A DNA stretch of 64,000 nucleotides from Eledone cirrhosa (lineage: Eukaryota), in contig OZ024741.1 of assembly GCA_964016885.1 (NCBI GenBank), forward strand, positions 96,162,001 to 96,226,000. The letters are read 5' to 3'. How positions within the stretch are numbered: position 1 is the stretch's first letter; each line of letters begins with the position of its first letter. Positions 11,921 to 24,989 of this stretch are shown one piece after another. The notes under the pieces are model-generated. The model searched no databases. It was not told the origin of the DNA and saw only the letters and a program-made list of their open reading frames with translations. A program made the translations under genes and the position numbers.

Positions 11921-13844
11921 CAGATAGTAAACGCTTTCATCACGTCTCTTGTATATATATTGTTCTCTATCTATATTATGGTGATTTCCAAATAGATTTG
12001 ACAGTAAGATTTAACATGTTGGAGATGTTATGAATATGATATATTTATATATAAATAGGATCAACATTGCTTCAGTAGAGATTGCTTTAGTTTAGACGTG
12101 CCAATTTAAATTGATGCTAAAAATGTATGTAGCAATAGCTTCTGGTTAATATAGTTTCCTTGAACTTCAATACAACGAACATTACGGAACTTGCTGAAGT
12201 ATGGAATTTCAAAATTAATATCTGAGAAAAATAAGCCCATATATGTTTAGGAAAATTGATAGCATTAGATAAGTAGATATATACGTTTATAATAGAATGA
12301 CTACTATGCATTGTATTGAAGAGTTCACGAATGAATTAAAACAACAAAGCATATTACACATAAAAGTGAGCCAACAAGGGATCGTCTACATGCTAAAAAT
12401 AAAACAAATCTCCTTTAAAGTGCACCCTCTCGACTTAAATAAGTTATGGCATATTAAATAATACAATCTTAGGCATATCCCTAAAAGCACGGGTTTGTTA
12501 CGGTTGGAACACATTTGGTGAAAAGTAACCTCAATCAGTGGTAGATTTGTGTTAAGAAAACATCTTGGACAGAAAGAAATCATTGACATATTTAAATTTG
12601 TTAATATCAGTAATGATTTATAGAGACACTGATAGAAATTGAAGCCATCTTTTGAAGATAACCTCAAAGAAGATAAAAGGATAAGATAAAAGAAATCAAA
12701 TAAAGTGATTGTGTTGTGTTGATTAATTTCATTCTTATGATCTGAGTTGTTTCAGAACTTATGCTATAACTGCACCCTTTATTCATTAATTTGAAAATAA
12801 AATATCTGAATTTCGTAGAGAAAAGAAATCCTTTATTGTAATAAGTCATTTTTAATGTCTTAATCAAATGGTAAAGGGCATCATCTTTGACTTTTTCAGA
12901 AACTCTGTAACTTGTGTAGAAATGAAGGAAGATACCAAGATTTGTAAGCTGTTGCTATGCAATATATCGATCATAGTAAGTAGACCAGCAGTATATCAGC
13001 AACTGTGGGTGGGCCTGTCAACAAATAAAGAAATCATTAAATGTGTTGTTGTTGAAACCAGGTCCTTATTGAATCTGATCGAATACCTTCACGGCAGAAC
13101 CATTTCAGTCTGTATTGAATTTAAATGTAATATCTTTACTCTATCAAAATCAACAGTGAGAAACAAAATATATAACAATACTACACTATCAGCTTTTAAA
13201 CATAACACTATTATCCTTCCTCGTGTTATAAATAATAATATTATCCTTCCTCACCATGGATTACTATAGGGGGTAGAATAGTCTGCATATTCCCCGCAGC
13301 ATCGTTTCACAAAATAAACCGTCAAAATTTGAGCAAATAACACCAAACAATTATCCTTTGATCATTTCCAGGATGTGACTTTTTTAAGGGTCTCCAAAAT
13401 GGGTCGGAGAAAACCATTCTGAGGCAAGATACCTGGACACTTAATGCTAACAACAGAATGAACTCAATTAGCGGCAACCAAGAACAAGTTGGTGGTATTA
13501 AACAATGTGGAAAGAAGGGCTGGTTTAAGTGTGATTTGGCTACTATATCTAGAACGAAATGGATATCGTAGAGGCATCCTCGTTGTAATTGATGATTATT
13601 TGTCATATATCTAAAGTAACCTCCCTGTTCAATAGTTTTCTGTAACATTTGAAAGAGAAAATTATGTTACAAACGATAGAATGTATAATCTTCTTATCAC
13701 AATTGGTTTAGTTTACAAAATCCAATATGATGAAAACTTACTAAAAAAACAAGAACTCCCATCACCTGATCTCGGAATTATTACTTCCGTATTTCATGAA
13801 ATTTTAACAGCGTTATTTGCCCTACCATAGACTGTTAGATACCA

Positions 13845-13907
<63 letters not shown>

Positions 13908-13968
13908 CATACATACACATACACACACACATATATATATATATGTGTGTGTGAGTGTGTTTGTTTGT

Positions 13969-14065
<97 letters not shown>

Positions 14066-14230
14066 CATGTCTGTGTGTATACAAACGTAAAATACAAGCA
14101 GTTATTTGTATCTACGAAAGATCACAGGACTTATTTTCATATATTTATACAAGTCAAATTCTTTTATTTACCTAACAACCCGTAAGAGCATGTTGTATAG
14201 ACAGAAATTTATATTATATATATATGTGTA

Positions 14231-14261
<31 letters not shown>

Positions 14262-14297
14262 CAATAAGTGATTTTTTCTTTTTTTGCGCGGGTCATA

Positions 14298-14550
14298 GAA
14301 ATAATCGGGCTGGATGCCCGATCGCGCAGTTAAACCACTGGGAGTGAAGAACCCCTAGCCCTTGTCAGGAGAAGGCATCTCAGGAAACTGGGTTAACTCC
14401 GACATAAAACCTGCGGCTCAGTAGTTACCGATGATGTTGATCCTTTCTTCTTTTCGGGTTATAGCTACTGTCGCCCAGAGAGTGGGATTAGCTCAGTGCA
14501 CGGTCTTTCCTCACTTTAAAAATATTCGTCACGCACAGGCATTGCACGAT
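14298..14550 (+). mobile_element. RTE-5'UTR-like non-autonomous element, partial
   Basis: Highly similar to 23687-23955; followed by the (TAT)n tract that holds the R4/Dong insertion. Confidence 0.65.
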
Positions 14551-14736
14551 TGCATTAATTAATAATTATTAATAGTGTATTATTATTATTATTATTTGCA
14601 TTTATCTTGCTTTATGTTCATACGAGTTATCACCAAGTCACAACCAGTGACCTCAAGAGACAACAAGGTCCGCCATGTTCAAGAAAGAACATACATATTC
14701 ACACATGCATCCTTAGTGTTTAGACTTGTGATGTAC

Positions 14737-17700
14737 TTATATTGACAGGATCTTCCTTAGTATATGGGCAGTTCCCATTAGTACTATCTTTTGTATTTCT
14801 CCTATACGCGGGTTTCCTGGGATTTGCGATAAGTAGTCGTTAGACCCCTTAGGTATCATTCCCAGAGCGCCTACAACCACTGTTATTGTTTTAGTTCTCA
14901 ATTTCCACATTTTTCCAATTTCTATCTCCAGGTCCTTATACTTGCTCAATTTTTCAAATGTTTTTATAGATACATTCTTGTCTATTGGAACAGACATATC
15001 AATTAGCAGGCATACCCTCCTTTGAAAGTCCTTCAATATTATATCAAGTCTATTTGCATCTATTTTTCGGTCTGTTTGGATGCTAAAGTTCCACAAGATT
15101 GAGATGTGATCTTTTTCAAGTATGGGAGGTGGTTGATGCTCCCACCAATTCTTTTGATGGGGCAGGTCAAAATGCTTACACATTATCCAATGTATGTATT
15201 GTGCAGCTCTGTCATGCCTGTTTAGGTATTCGGTTGGAGCTATAGGACTGCACATTGAAATTATATGGTCAATGGTCTCTGGTTGTTTTTTGCATACACG
15301 GCATAATGGGCTGCACCCATTTCTTATTATGTTGGCTTGGTAATTTTTTGTTGGCAGACACTGATCTTGTGCTGATATAATCAGTCCTTCAGTCTCCGAT
15401 TTCAGTCTAGAGGATGCCAACCACTGATGGGTTAAAGTTTTGTCAACATCAGGATTGTTAGCTCGCTCTGGGTATTTTCCATACAGAGGCTTTTCTTGCC
15501 ATTTCTTAGCCAGTTTCTGTAGCAGTTCTTTCTTTGCAGTTACTTTTACCTGCTTTGCTTTTTCTGTGTTTTCCATTTCAGCAGTAAATGGGACTTCTGA
15601 AATTTGTAGTCCATTACTGTATCTTTGTGCATCTTTTGTAATGGAATATGATCTTTTGGTGCTTTCGTGTTTCAAAACGAGTTTTATCATCCAATCATGT
15701 GATTCCCTTAGATATGTGGATAATCCAATTGTTGCAGTTTTCAACGCAATGTCTAACTGGATTAACCCGCGTCCTCCTTCTTTCCTAGGGAGATATATTC
15801 TATCTATGTCTGCCTTAGGGTGATGCATTCCGTGCATGGTTAAGAATTTTCGGATTTTTGTATCGAGCCTACGGATCTCTGTGCTTGACCAGTTGATGAC
15901 ATTGTAACTGTAGGTTACTACTGGTATGGCAAGTGTGTTTATGGCATCGATCCTATTCCTTGCATTCAATTCCGTTCTTAAGATTGCTCTGACTCTGCGG
16001 TAACATTCCTTCCTTATCCTTTCCCTCATTGTCGAGTGCTTGATTCCGTCTCCTTCACAAACACCTAGATATTTGTAAGTTTTTTCTTGATCAAGCTCTC
16101 TTATCACGTTCCCCCGATCAAGATTAATGTCTGAACTCTTCAGCAGCTTTCCTCTGGTGAACGTTGCTTTGGCGCATTTATCCAGTCCAAACTCCATTTT
16201 AATGTCATCACTGAACTGCTTCACAGTGGATAATAGCCCTTGCAATTGTTCATCATTTTTTGCAAATAGTTTCAGGTCATCCATGTAGAACAGGTGATTA
16301 ATGGTTTTGTCATAGACTCTATATTCATGTTTTGTTTCATTGAGCATTTTACTTAATGGTATAAGTGCGATGCAGAATAAAAGCGGTGATAAAGAGTCAC
16401 CCTGAAAAATTCCACAATTAATATTAACTTCTCCAGCTTCCATTGATTTTGTTTCACTATTCAAAAGGAGTGTCGTTCTCCATGTCCTCATACTGAATGA
16501 CAAAAACCTCCTGACAACGGGGGATATTTTGAAAATCTCTAAACATTTTTCAATCCAACTGTGTGGCAAACTATCGAATGCTTTTTTATAATCTATCCAA
16601 GCAATCGATAGATTTTTGTGTCTATTATCACAATCTTCCAGTATCATTTTGTTAACCAGAAGCTGATCCTTACAGCCATATGAGCCTCGCTTACACCCTT
16701 TCTGCTCAATGGGAAATAGGTCATTTGTTATCAGGTGGTCATATGTGTATTCAGTTAGGACTGATGTTAAAATTTTATACATTGTGGTCAAGCAGGTTAT
16801 CGGTCTGTAATTTTTGGGATTGTTTGTCTCATCATTCTTCGGTAGCAGGAATGTAATGCCGTTAACTAGCCATGATGGTATCTTTTCTGGCTCCTTAACT
16901 ATTTCATTGTAAAGTTGGGCTAACAGCTCATGAGACTCTGTGATGGCATTTATCCAAAAGTTTTGTATTTTGTCTTTTCCTGGGGATTTCCATTTGCTGG
17001 TTTTTCTTAGAGCCAAGCGCAGCTGTTCAACTGTTATATTTTCCCATGTTTGTTCTTCAAGGTGAGCTGTTTCTTTCATTTGTCTGTCTATCCATGGGGC
17101 ATGTATGTTATGAACTTTTTCTTCGGCCCAGATTTTTTCCCAGAATTCTTGCACTTCCTCCTTGGGTGGTATTGATTTAGCAGTTATTGTTGACTTACCA
17201 ATTTTTCTGTAGAAGTTTCTTTGGTTGTTTTTGAACATATTATTGTCCTTATAGAATCTAGATCGTTTTTCAAAGCGCCTTATACGAGCAGCTTTGGCCG
17301 ACACTTTTTGCTTGATTGTTTCTATCAGCATGTCTATGTCACATGTTGATCTTATACTGTACTTTTTTTTCAATTTTCTAAGTTTAGTTTGTTTAACATG
17401 TTCACCTACTTTATAGTTTGTTAAAATTTCTATGTCAGATCGGAGAAGGTTTATTTGGCGATTGATGTTATCTTGCCAAGTAGATTTCTTGTGGGAATTC
17501 CTTTGTTTTTTCATCTTCACTCCACATAAGTGAGTGGTGACTTTAGCCGATGCATAATAGAGATGATTTAAGTCAGTAATGTTTAGTTTGTTTGTGATGA
17601 TAATGTTTTTGAGAATTATGTTAGTCTTGTGTATTATCTTTTGGTTCTGTTTGGAGTTCTGGATCTTAGGGAGGGTGTCTCGTTGCCCCATGTCAGATTC

Positions 17701-17835
17701 TTTCATTTTCATCCATTCGATCATAATTTCATCCTTCAAGTTGGCAAGTTCATTCTCATTCATTTCTTTATCATTTACGATCTCATTATTTTTATTTTCA
17801 TTTGGAGTTTCATCCTGAGCATGCACTCCCTCCAC
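14737..17835 (-). CDS. RT, CCHC zinc knuckle and RLE endonuclease (1032 aa)
   Basis: NYRPITCL, IDYKKAFDS, GIFQGDSLSPLLF, YMDDLKL, CRVC..ETIDHIISMC, RHD, NRLDII, IDMSVP, K..KYKDL. Confidence 0.9.
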   Translation of the reverse strand: MEGVHAQDETPNENKNNEIVNDKEMNENELANLKDEIMIEWMKMKESDMGQRDTLPKIQNSKQNQKIIHKTNIILKNIIITNKLNITDLNHLYYASAKVTTHLCGVKMKKQRNSHKKSTWQDNINRQINLLRSDIEILTNYKVGEHVKQTKLRKLKKKYSIRSTCDIDMLIETIKQKVSAKAARIRRFEKRSRFYKDNNMFKNNQRNFYRKIGKSTITAKSIPPKEEVQEFWEKIWAEEKVHNIHAPWIDRQMKETAHLEEQTWENITVEQLRLALRKTSKWKSPGKDKIQNFWINAITESHELLAQLYNEIVKEPEKIPSWLVNGITFLLPKNDETNNPKNYRPITCLTTMYKILTSVLTEYTYDHLITNDLFPIEQKGCKRGSYGCKDQLLVNKMILEDCDNRHKNLSIAWIDYKKAFDSLPHSWIEKCLEIFKISPVVRRFLSFSMRTWRTTLLLNSETKSMEAGEVNINCGIFQGDSLSPLLFCIALIPLSKMLNETKHEYRVYDKTINHLFYMDDLKLFAKNDEQLQGLLSTVKQFSDDIKMEFGLDKCAKATFTRGKLLKSSDINLDRGNVIRELDQEKTYKYLGVCEGDGIKHSTMRERIRKECYRRVRAILRTELNARNRIDAINTLAIPVVTYSYNVINWSSTEIRRLDTKIRKFLTMHGMHHPKADIDRIYLPRKEGGRGLIQLDIALKTATIGLSTYLRESHDWMIKLVLKHESTKRSYSITKDAQRYSNGLQISEVPFTAEMENTEKAKQVKVTAKKELLQKLAKKWQEKPLYGKYPERANNPDVDKTLTHQWLASSRLKSETEGLIISAQDQCLPTKNYQANIIRNGCSPLCRVCKKQPETIDHIISMCSPIAPTEYLNRHDRAAQYIHWIMCKHFDLPHQKNWWEHQPPPILEKDHISILWNFSIQTDRKIDANRLDIILKDFQRRVCLLIDMSVPIDKNVSIKTFEKLSKYKDLEIEIGKMWKLRTKTITVVVGALGMIPKGSNDYLSQIPGNPRIGEIQKIVLMGTAHILRKILSI

Positions 17836-18380
17836 TTTTTAATTTGTTCTGTTGCCAGTGATTCCGCCCCAACCCTGGGATTCGAAGTGTTACAGTTTAC
17901 CTCGTTTTCACTGACACATGCTTCATTTTCCCTTCGCTGACTTTGTGCTACTAGCTTGATCTGATCAATTTCTATATCAGTTAGTAACTTTTTTCTTACA
18001 ATATTTCTTCGTATAATGGCTAGTTTGTTACTGTCAATATAGCCTCTGTTTTCGGGATGTTTCTTTTTCCAGTTGATATATGTTTGTTCTGTATTCGATG
18101 TATTTGATGGGTAGTACATGGCAGTGTAGAAAGCCTCAAGAACTTCTTTATTATCTTCCCTTGACCATTTTTCTCTCTTTTTCTTTGGATTTCTTGGTGG
18201 TGAGCATGGAGGGCCAACAGTAGGAGTATTCCGGTTATGGGAGGTCTCCAGCTCCGAAGTGATGGGAAGGTTTGAACCATTAGCTGATTTTTCGACCCCA
18301 GTCTGGTTCCTCTCTGAGGGACGCGGCCCTTTTTTACCCGGGTGACGGCCGATCCGGTATGAGATTTTATCATTAGACAT
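17775..18380 (-). CDS. N-terminal part of the same R4/Dong ORF (frameshift near 17835-17840)
   Basis: KREKWSREDNKEVLEAFY, LAIIRRNI..KKLLTDIEI N-terminal motifs; joins EQIKK to VEGVHAQDE across an A-run. Confidence 0.8.
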   Translation of the reverse strand: MSNDKISYRIGRHPGKKGPRPSERNQTGVEKSANGSNLPITSELETSHNRNTPTVGPPCSPPRNPKKKREKWSREDNKEVLEAFYTAMYYPSNTSNTEQTYINWKKKHPENRGYIDSNKLAIIRRNIVRKKLLTDIEIDQIKLVAQSQRRENEACVSENEVNCNTSNPRVGAESLATEQIKKWRECMLRMKLQMKIKIMRS

Positions 18381-19536
18381 TTACTTTATTTTGTCGCGTT
18401 TTATCCTTATCCGCCAAGGGGTAATCATTTCGTGTTACCACTTCTAGAACGAGTGTCAACCAAGACTATTCCCCGCCGGCCGCCATCCCGGTATTTCTTG
18501 GTCACGGGGTTTTCTTTTTGTTGTTTTTTTTTAAATTTTTATTATCATGTGAGTGGTTCCTTAATGTGAGCATTGCGTGGCTTAAGAATGAAATTATTAA
18601 TAATTGTCTCCACTCCAGGCACAAGGCCAGCAATCACCCAGTGCATTACAATAATATAATATACTTTTTGTTGTAGTTGGCTGTTATTGTTGTTGGCTAT
18701 GTCGGTGGTGGTGCCGGGGCTTTTTATATTGTTGGTGAGGAAGGGGTGAGCCAGCAGTCCCATAATTGTTGATGTAGACGTTTGGCCGGTGGCAAGGTCA
18801 CCAAGTCAATCTATTTATATCTTTTGCTAGCCTCTCTCTTGTCTAGTGATACCGCCACCTTCCCTTTTCTCTCTCAAGTTAACAGGGGAATAGTGTCAGT
18901 AGCATTGAATGAGTGGTGGCGGCGATGATGGATGTGGTGGGGTGGTGGCAGCGGTGGTGTTGTGGTTACTGATATAGTATCTATGAGTTTGTGTTCGTAT
19001 GTTTAATATATATTTTTATTATATTTTGTGTTGACATATTCCCGTAAAATTTGAATTAAACATTTTTTAAAATTTGAGACAATAATAATAGTAATTATTA
19101 TTATGATGCTGGTGAAATTGCCGTTATCTGGCTGTTATATTTAGTGTGATGGGATAGGTAGTGTATCAAGTTTCTGGTGTTGGTGAAATTGAAATTGCTG
19201 CTGTTCTATATAGTGTAGACAGAGGGTGTTTTGTTCCATTTATAACCATTTTCTTTTTTTGAATATAAAATATATAATACAAAATTGAATATTTGAGCGA
19301 TACAACAATATAATATGGATCCGAAACTTTATGGGACCTCATTCGGTGCCTTTATGCAACATTTGTGCTAAGAATTGTTCTTTCACAATTGATTTAAATA
19401 TGTTAAAAATCAAAAAACTTACGGGAGCAATTTCGTGACGTTCTACCACCTCGTGCGTCTTCTTCCCTTATTATTATTATTATTATTATTATTATTGTTA
19501 TTGTTATTCCTTGAATCTCAGTCCTTGAATCTCAGA

Positions 19537-19648
<112 letters not shown>

Positions 19649-19849
19649 GTTGTTATTCCTTGAATCTCAGTCATTGATGTTGGTTAACTGGAAAGTCCGT
19701 TGGATTGAATATCAAGCCACTACATGCAGCCTCAGATATTCAGGACGTATCGGAGGGTTCTTCTTCTTATTATTATTATTGTTACTATTATTATTACTTT
19801 TTTTTCCCCCAATTCAATGATGTCCCAGAACAATATAAAAGAGATAATG

Positions 19850-22800
19850 GCAATTTAGGTTCTGGAACAAAAAAGATAATTGGCAATAAGGGCAGGGACC
19901 CCAAGTTATCACAGCCTGGGCGCACTCGTCATCGTGCCATTGTAATAGAGCCAAACAAGGCATTTAGTCTTGGCTGCTGGAACGTACGGACGCTGCTTGA
20001 CAGGGATTCCTTGGAGCGTCCTGAACGAAGGACCGCTCTTGTTGCAAAGGAGCTTCGACGTTACGATCTTGACATCGTGGCTTTATCTGAGACGAGGTTA
20101 GCTGAAGATGGTCATCTTACAGAATTTTGTGGAGAATATACATTCTTCTGGAAAGGAAGAGATGAAGGAACCAGAAGAGAGTCTGGGTAGCATTTGCTGT
20201 TAAGACCGTTCTTGTGAATAAATTAGAAGAATTCCCAGTAGGGATTAGTGAGCGTCTTATGTCCATGAGAATTCCGCTGTACAAAGGAAGATATGCGACC
20301 CTGGTGAGTGTGTATGCTCCAACTATGAATTCTGTCGATGAAGAAAAAGTGTCCTTTTACCATGCCTTGAAAGGTGTTTTAAGAAATATCCCTCAGGCAG
20401 ACAAAGTCATCGTGCTTGGTGACTTTAATGCTAGAGTGGGTAGGGATTTTAACACATGGAATGTAATCGGAAGGCATGGGGTGGGAAAGTGCAACAGCAA
20501 TGGTATGCTCCTGCTGCAGATGTGTGAGGAGCTAGATCTGTGTGTTTCCAACACCAAGTTCCAACAAAAGAACAAATTCAAGACCACATGGATGCATTCT
20601 GCATCTAAGGAATGGCATCTTTTGGACTACGTCCTAGTCAGGATGCGTAACAGACAGGATGTGAAGTGTGTTCGTGCTCTTGGTGGAGCTGAGTGCTGGA
20701 CGGACCACCGCCTGGTACGCGCAAAAGTGAAACTAATCACTAAACGTAAAATCTGGGCTCCTGGTGTTGCCTGCCCAAAAGATTGAATGCTGCTCGTCTT
20801 AAGGATAAAAATGTGAAGAGGACATTGCAAGAAGAGATGCAGGCTGCAGATCTTGGTGAGGAATGGCCGACCCTTAAAAAGTCGGTTTATGATGTAGGCA
20901 GGCGTGTTCTGGGATTGGTGCAGAGAAAACATCAGGACTGGTTTAATGAGAATGATGTACATATAGAAGACTTGTTGGCTGATAAGAGGCGTGCTCTGTC
21001 CGCTACTTGACGGCAAAACCACAGGAGAGGAATACGTTGCATGAGGAACTCAAGGATGTAAAATCACGTGTTAGGTGGAGTCTTTCTCAGATGAAGGATC
21101 AGTGGTGGAGTGGGAAGGCTGATGAGATACAAACTGCGTCAGATTCCAATAACACAAAACAGTTGTACAGTCTCTTGCGTGAAGTTTATGGACCGTCTTC
21201 TTCTCTGGTGACACCGCTTCGCAGCAAGGATGGCAAAGAACTTCTTCGTGACTCACAAGGAATTCTACGAAGGTGGCGAGAGCACTTTGATGATATTTTG
21301 AGTCAGCCGTCTGTCGTCAATGAAGATTTCCTCAATCTCATTCCAGAAAGTCCTGTGAAAGTAGCTCTCGCAGAACCTCCGATGCTTGTGGAAGTTGCAG
21401 TGGCTATCTCAAAGCTGAACAGTGGAAGGTCTCCAGGTATGGATGGCATACACGCTGAGCTCCTACAATATGGTGGTGAGAGATTCCTGCAACATCTTCA
21501 CTCTTTGTTTGGCAGGATATGGGCTAATGAATCCGTACCTGAGGACTGGAGAGATGTAGTAATGGTGGTCTTGTACAAGGGAAAGGGTTACAAGAATGAT
21601 TGTGGGAACTACAGAGGTATATGATTGCTTTCTGTCGTAGGGATGTTTTATGTAGGGTGCTTCTGGACCGTCTGCTGACACACATTGCAGATTATGTTCT
21701 TCCTGAAAGTCAATCTGGTTTTCGTGCTGGACGCAGCACTACTGATATGATCTCCTCAGCTAGACAGCTCCAGAAGAAGTGCATGGAACAAGGTTTGTAT
21801 CTGAATCAGGGTTTTGTCGATCTGTCAAAAGCTTTCGATGCTGTTAACAGAAATGCATTATGGAAGGTTCTCCAGAAACTTGGTTGCCCTGATAAGTTCC
21901 TTGCTTTAGTTAGGTCTTTCCATGACGATATGAAGGCTTGGGTTAATGTCGGAGGTAACATGTCGGAGCCTATCTCATTAAAAAATGGAGTGAAACAGGG
22001 GGATATTCCAGCACCGACCCTGTTTGCCATATACTTTGCAATGGTTTTCTGTATTGCATTCAGCAATTGCGAGCATGGTGTTTACATCCGATATCGAACC
22101 TCAGGCAGCATATTTAACATCAAGCGCTTTGCTGCAAAGACAAAAGTATTTACATCAATCATCAGATACCTCTTGTATGCAGATGATTGCGATCTTGTAG
22201 CGCACACAGAGAGTGATATCCAGCACATTTTGAATGCATTTTCTGACGCTTGCACTGCCCTAGGTCTGACTGTCAGTCTCAAGAAAACCGTCGTCATGTA
22301 CCAACCTGCCACTGGTAGGCAGTACAGTGAACCAAATATCTATGTGTATGGTAAACGACTTGGAGTAGTTGATCAGTTTGTCTACCTGGGAAGCACTGTC
22401 AATCGATACAGCAACCTTGATAGTAAAATCTCACTTAGGATTAGGAAAGCAAGTGATGCTTTCGGAAAGCTAGAAAGGCGACTCTGGGGTCGGCGAGACA
22501 TATGCAAGAAGACAAAGGTAAAGGTGTACAAGGCATGTGTGCGCTCTTCTCTTCTTTATGCCTTCGAGACCTGGGTCACATATCGACACCACCTTAAGCA
22601 ATTGGAGCGTTTCCATCAGATGTGTCTCAGACGGATCCATGGCGTTCACTGGAGAGACCACATCAGTGATGTCGAGATTTTGGAAAGCTCTTTGCGTGAC
22701 AGTATAGAAGCTCTTGTGGTTAAGTAACGACTCCGTTGGAGTGGTCACCTTGCCAGGATGTAGAATTCTAGAATACCAAAACAACTCTTTTATGGAGAGT

Positions 22801-23486
22801 TAGTTAAAGGAAAACGACCGCCACATAAACCAAAAATGTGGTATAAGGATTCCTTGAAAGCCCCTTTGAAAGACGCTAACATCTTTGCTGATACATGGCA
22901 AAATATTGCTGCTGATCGTAATAAATGGAGAAAGACTGTATATGAGGGAAAAGTTGCCTTTGAGGCACCTCGAATCGCATACGAGAAAATAAAGCGGGAT
23001 GTGAGGAAGGTCATTGCTGTTGCACTTCCAGACGGCGAGGGACCTCCTATGTTGCTGACATGCAGCGTCTGTGCGAGACTCTGCCTAAGCAAAGCTGGAC
23101 TCGAAAGTCATCTTCGCAGTCATAAAGTAAGACCAGTGGTTGACTACCAGGCTGCTGTTGGAGATGCTACTCATCATGCTTGCCAAGCATGTGGTAGAGA
23201 ATGTAAATCAGCAGGAGGGCTCAAACGACATGCAAAAGTACATGAACTCCAACCACAGCCGGCTATTCCCAGTGAATGTTTTGGTTGCCGTCTCTGTGCA
23301 AGACATTTTAGATCATTGGCTGGGCTAAAAAGCCACATTCGATCGCAGCGCTGTTAGTTGCTATCGTGTGTGTGTGTGTATATATATGTTTATGTGTGCG
23401 CGTGTGTGTGTATATATATATGTATATTATTATTGTTGTTGCCGTCATTATTATTATTTTTGTTATTATTATTATTATTGTTATTA

Positions 23487-23578
<92 letters not shown>

Positions 23579-23624
23579 TTTTCTCGTGCAATGGCCATAC
23601 TTCATAACGAGGGGGAAGCCATCA
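19850..23624 (+). mobile_element. RTE-clade (BovB-like) LINE with stops and frameshifts: APE, RT and three C2H2 fingers
   Basis: LGCWNVRTL, ALSETR, SVYAPT, LGDFNARVG, LLDYVL, TDHRLV; [27 protein letters not shown]; 3' tail ...aacgagggggaagccatca beyond an inserted microsatellite. Confidence 0.9.
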
Positions 23625-23686
23625 TGTATGTATGTATATATGTGTGTGTATATATATATATACACACATATATGCGCTGGGATATA

Positions 23687-24021
23687 GAAATAGTCGGGCT
23701 GGACACTCGATCGCGCGGTTAAACCATTGGGAGTGAAGGACCCCTAGTTTTTGTCAGGGCATTCTTCTAGGAGAAGGCAACTCAGGAAAATGGGATAACT
23801 CCGATATAAAACCTGCGGCTCAGTAGTTACCGATGATGTAGTTGATCTCTTCTTCTTTTCGGGTTATAGCTACTGTCGCTCAGAGAGTGGGATTGGCTCA
23901 GTGCACAGTCTTTCCTCACTTTAAAAAATATCTTCACACACAGGCATTGCACGATAGAATTAATTAATAATTATTAATAATGGCATATCGTGCAAGGACC
24001 ATACTCGATAACGAGGGGACA

Positions 24022-24028
<7 letters not shown>
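23687..24028 (+). mobile_element. Bipartite non-autonomous RTE derivative (5' UTR-like part plus RTE 3' tail)
   Basis: 3' end tatcgtgcaaggaccatactcgataacgaggggacagccatca matches the adjacent RTE tail; second copy at 14298. Confidence 0.7.
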
Positions 24029-24074
<46 letters not shown>

Positions 24075-24989
24075 TTACAAATATTAGAATGTATATATAT
24101 ATATAAATATGCAAGTACATGTGTGTGATATATTTGTCTCTATGTGAGTGCATGCCTCCATGAAGTATAATAATACTTAGGTGTTATTATAGCTCTAATA
24201 TGTATAAGTTTTAATAAAATGGGGGAAACATATTTCCGATGAAATATATTACATAACTTTTGCAATTTCAGTAAAAAATTGCTATAAATTGCTTAGATTT
24301 CATAACTGGCATTATGATGTCATTTCTGTAATCGTTGTTTACGATATTGTTGTTTACGATATTGTTGTTACTATTGCTATTGTTGCCGTTGTTTTTGTTG
24401 AGGTTGTTGTTTTTGTTAGTTTTCTATTAGTTGTGCTGCCGTTCCTTCAGGGCAGATAATGACGTCATCGGTAAATCCAATCGCAATCACATACCCTTCC
24501 TCTCTTCACCCGTTTATTCCATTCGTTATTCTACTTTCCCACACTACCCTAACCAATTCTCAAATTATCACCACTATCAAATACACATCTGAACAGCGGA
24601 AAATATTCATAGCCTTCTTAAAGCTAATTCAGCTTTTATATTATATAGCCGTAAAAACGAATAAAAAAAAAAAAAAAAAAAATTTAAATAAAACAAAATC
24701 CGATGTAAAATATCGCTGAGCAACACATCAACAAAAATAGAAAATGGAAGGGAAATGGTGTTAAGGCGATTTACAAGAAAAATCTGCAAATGTCAGCAAT
24801 AATGTACTTCCTCTCGCTGCTTCGTCAAGCGATTGATCTCTGGACCGACGTGTCACCAAAATCAAGCCACGTTCCTCATCGCATTCAATTTGTTTCTAGC
24901 AGTTAATATCAAAGATTGACTTGAATTAAATCAACATTCCTCTCTTAATATCACTTCCATTATAAGTGATTACTTCACATGCAACACCA

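Larger units (their letters stand above)
14597..18540 (-). mobile_element. Near-full-length R4/Dong-clade non-LTR retrotransposon (RT plus restriction-like endonuclease)
   Basis: One long ORF split by a single frameshift; 3' end abuts (TAA)n; GC-rich 5' UTR at 18381-18510. Confidence 0.85.

Noticed and set aside
12386-13648. Short ORFs as possible host exons or transposase
   Set aside because: No recognisable domain or consistent reading frame
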